Of a stretch of DNA of 64,000 bases, positions 63,404 to 64,000 are shown in pieces; the stretch's first letter is position 1; each line of letters begins with the position of its first letter. The stretch spans positions 26,250-90,249 of the forward strand of contig JAGUQX010000002.1 of the NCBI GenBank assembly GCA_030153485.1. The letters run 5' to 3'. The position numbers and the translations under genes were made by a program. A model generated the notes under the pieces. That model saw only the letters and a program-made list of their open reading frames with translations, was not told the origin of the DNA and searched no databases. Origin of the DNA: Oscillospiraceae bacterium (lineage in GTDB: Bacteria; Bacillota; Clostridia; Oscillospirales; Ruminococcaceae).

Positions 63404-64000
63404 TTATTTAATATTGTTTGGAGAAAATTTATTTATAGATTTTTGATTTATAGCTATATCTAATTTTGAAAATAAACTTTCAAGTGCTTTATCAAAATCA
63501 TCTTCTCTAAGACCAATTAGTGCAGAATTTGAATATTTATCTATCGTTTCTTTATCTTTAACAATATCATATCTAATTTCTACAAATATATAGTCTTCAG
63601 ATTTAATTATAAAAGGAACTCCGTATTGAGTTTGTTCAAAAGTTTTTTCTATAAGTTCTATAGGGAGATTTTTGTTATCTTTTTGTATTACAGATATATT
63701 TGATTCACTTCTTTTTTTCTTTTCTTCTTCATTTAATTGTGATGAGCTAGATGAGCTGGATGAACTGGATGAGCTAGATGAACTGGATGAAGAACCTTCA
63801 GCACTTTCTTTTTGTTTTTCAGAAACTTCTTTTAAATACTCCTTATGTTCTTCAAGAAGATCATCTATATTTTTTCCTTTATTTAATTCTTGCATATAAT
63901 CATCTGCTCTTTTTTCCGCGGCTACAACTTCTTCATCTGATAATTTTTTTCCTGATATATCTTTTAACGGTAATAAAGCATATTTAACTTCTGCAAAATT
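63404..64000 (-). CDS. Hypothetical protein with an 18-residue poly-serine tract; the N-terminus lies beyond the right edge
   Basis: The track starts it at Met 63895. The same frame stays open to position 64000 (NFAEVKYALLPLKDISGKKLSDEEVVAAEKRADDY precedes that Met), so it is probably a partial CDS. No family recognised. Confidence 0.5.
   Translation of the reverse strand, partial: NFAEVKYALLPLKDISGKKLSDEEVVAAEKRADDYMQELNKGKNIDDLLEEHKEYLKEVSEKQKESAEGSSSSSSSSSSSSSSSSSSQLNEEEKKKRSESNISVIQKDNKNLPIELIEKTFEQTQYGVPFIIKSEDYIFVEIRYDIVKDKETIDKYSNSALIGLREDDFDKALESLFSKLDIAINQKSINKFSPNNIK
63740..63793 (-). repeat. Imperfect 9-nt periodic repeat (TCATCYAGY) encoding Ser x18
   Basis: The plus strand reads tgatgagctagatgagctggatgaactggatgagctagatgaactggatgaaga. 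All 18 codons in frame are Ser. Confidence 0.9.

Noticed and set aside
1-64000. A search for tRNA, rRNA, tmRNA, RNase P RNA, riboswitches, CRISPR, IS elements, prophage, toxin-antitoxin or defence genes.
   Set aside because: All intergenic gaps are 320 bp or shorter and are explained by promoters and terminators. No cloverleaf-like, rRNA-like or repeat-spacer structures were seen, and no transposase, integrase, nuclease or methylase pairs. A covariance-model scan would be needed to exclude small ncRNAs formally.

Overview
Origin-proximal, almost entirely housekeeping stretch of a very AT-rich, spore-forming, anaerobe-type Firmicute (Clostridia-like) chromosome. The left edge holds the first 48 codons of dnaA on the minus strand. 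It is divergent from rpmH-rnpA-yidD-yidC-jag-mnmE-mnmG-rsmG-noc-soj-spo0J-serS. Replication should therefore run left to right, and 55 of the 67 CDS I call are co-oriented with it.

Gene content further right, in order:
- zapA-dut, then a degenerate MinD-like / methylglyoxal-synthase-like pair
- hisS, an M29 aminopeptidase, a GT2+TPR protein, aspS, gdhA, pyrE, radC, uvrBA
- rubredoxin plus a flavodiiron protein
- a P-loop NTPase plus a four-subunit 2-oxoacid:ferredoxin oxidoreductase, then spoVT
- the rimP-nusA-ylxR-ylxQ-infB-rbfA-nrnA-truB-ribF cluster, then yceD-rpmF
- DUF512-der-plsY-gpsA, an ABC-2 exporter, a lone MacB-type ABC ATPase, comM
- a PAP2 phosphatase, a P-type cation ATPase, sigK (uninterrupted), an SDR/SIS sugar pair, rny and bofA

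I found no rRNA, tRNA, CRISPR array, transposase, integrase, phage gene or recognisable defence gene. I did not find a convincing novel multi-gene system, and this looks like core genome.

The most unusual things visible in the sequence:
- a 10 x 33-bp tandem repeat forming an acidic C-terminal tail on NusA
- a MinD paralogue lacking its membrane anchor and canonical ATPase motifs, next to an MGS-like protein with substituted active-site motifs
- an uncharacterised P-loop NTPase heading the oxidoreductase operon
- two near-consensus parS sites
- unusually long perfect palindromes (up to 70 bp) used as bidirectional terminators
- no room for T-box leaders at serS, hisS or aspS

All calls come from reading the translations and sequence by eye. 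Start codons that I moved relative to the ORF track are based on Shine-Dalgarno spacing and N-terminal conservation. No database search was possible.
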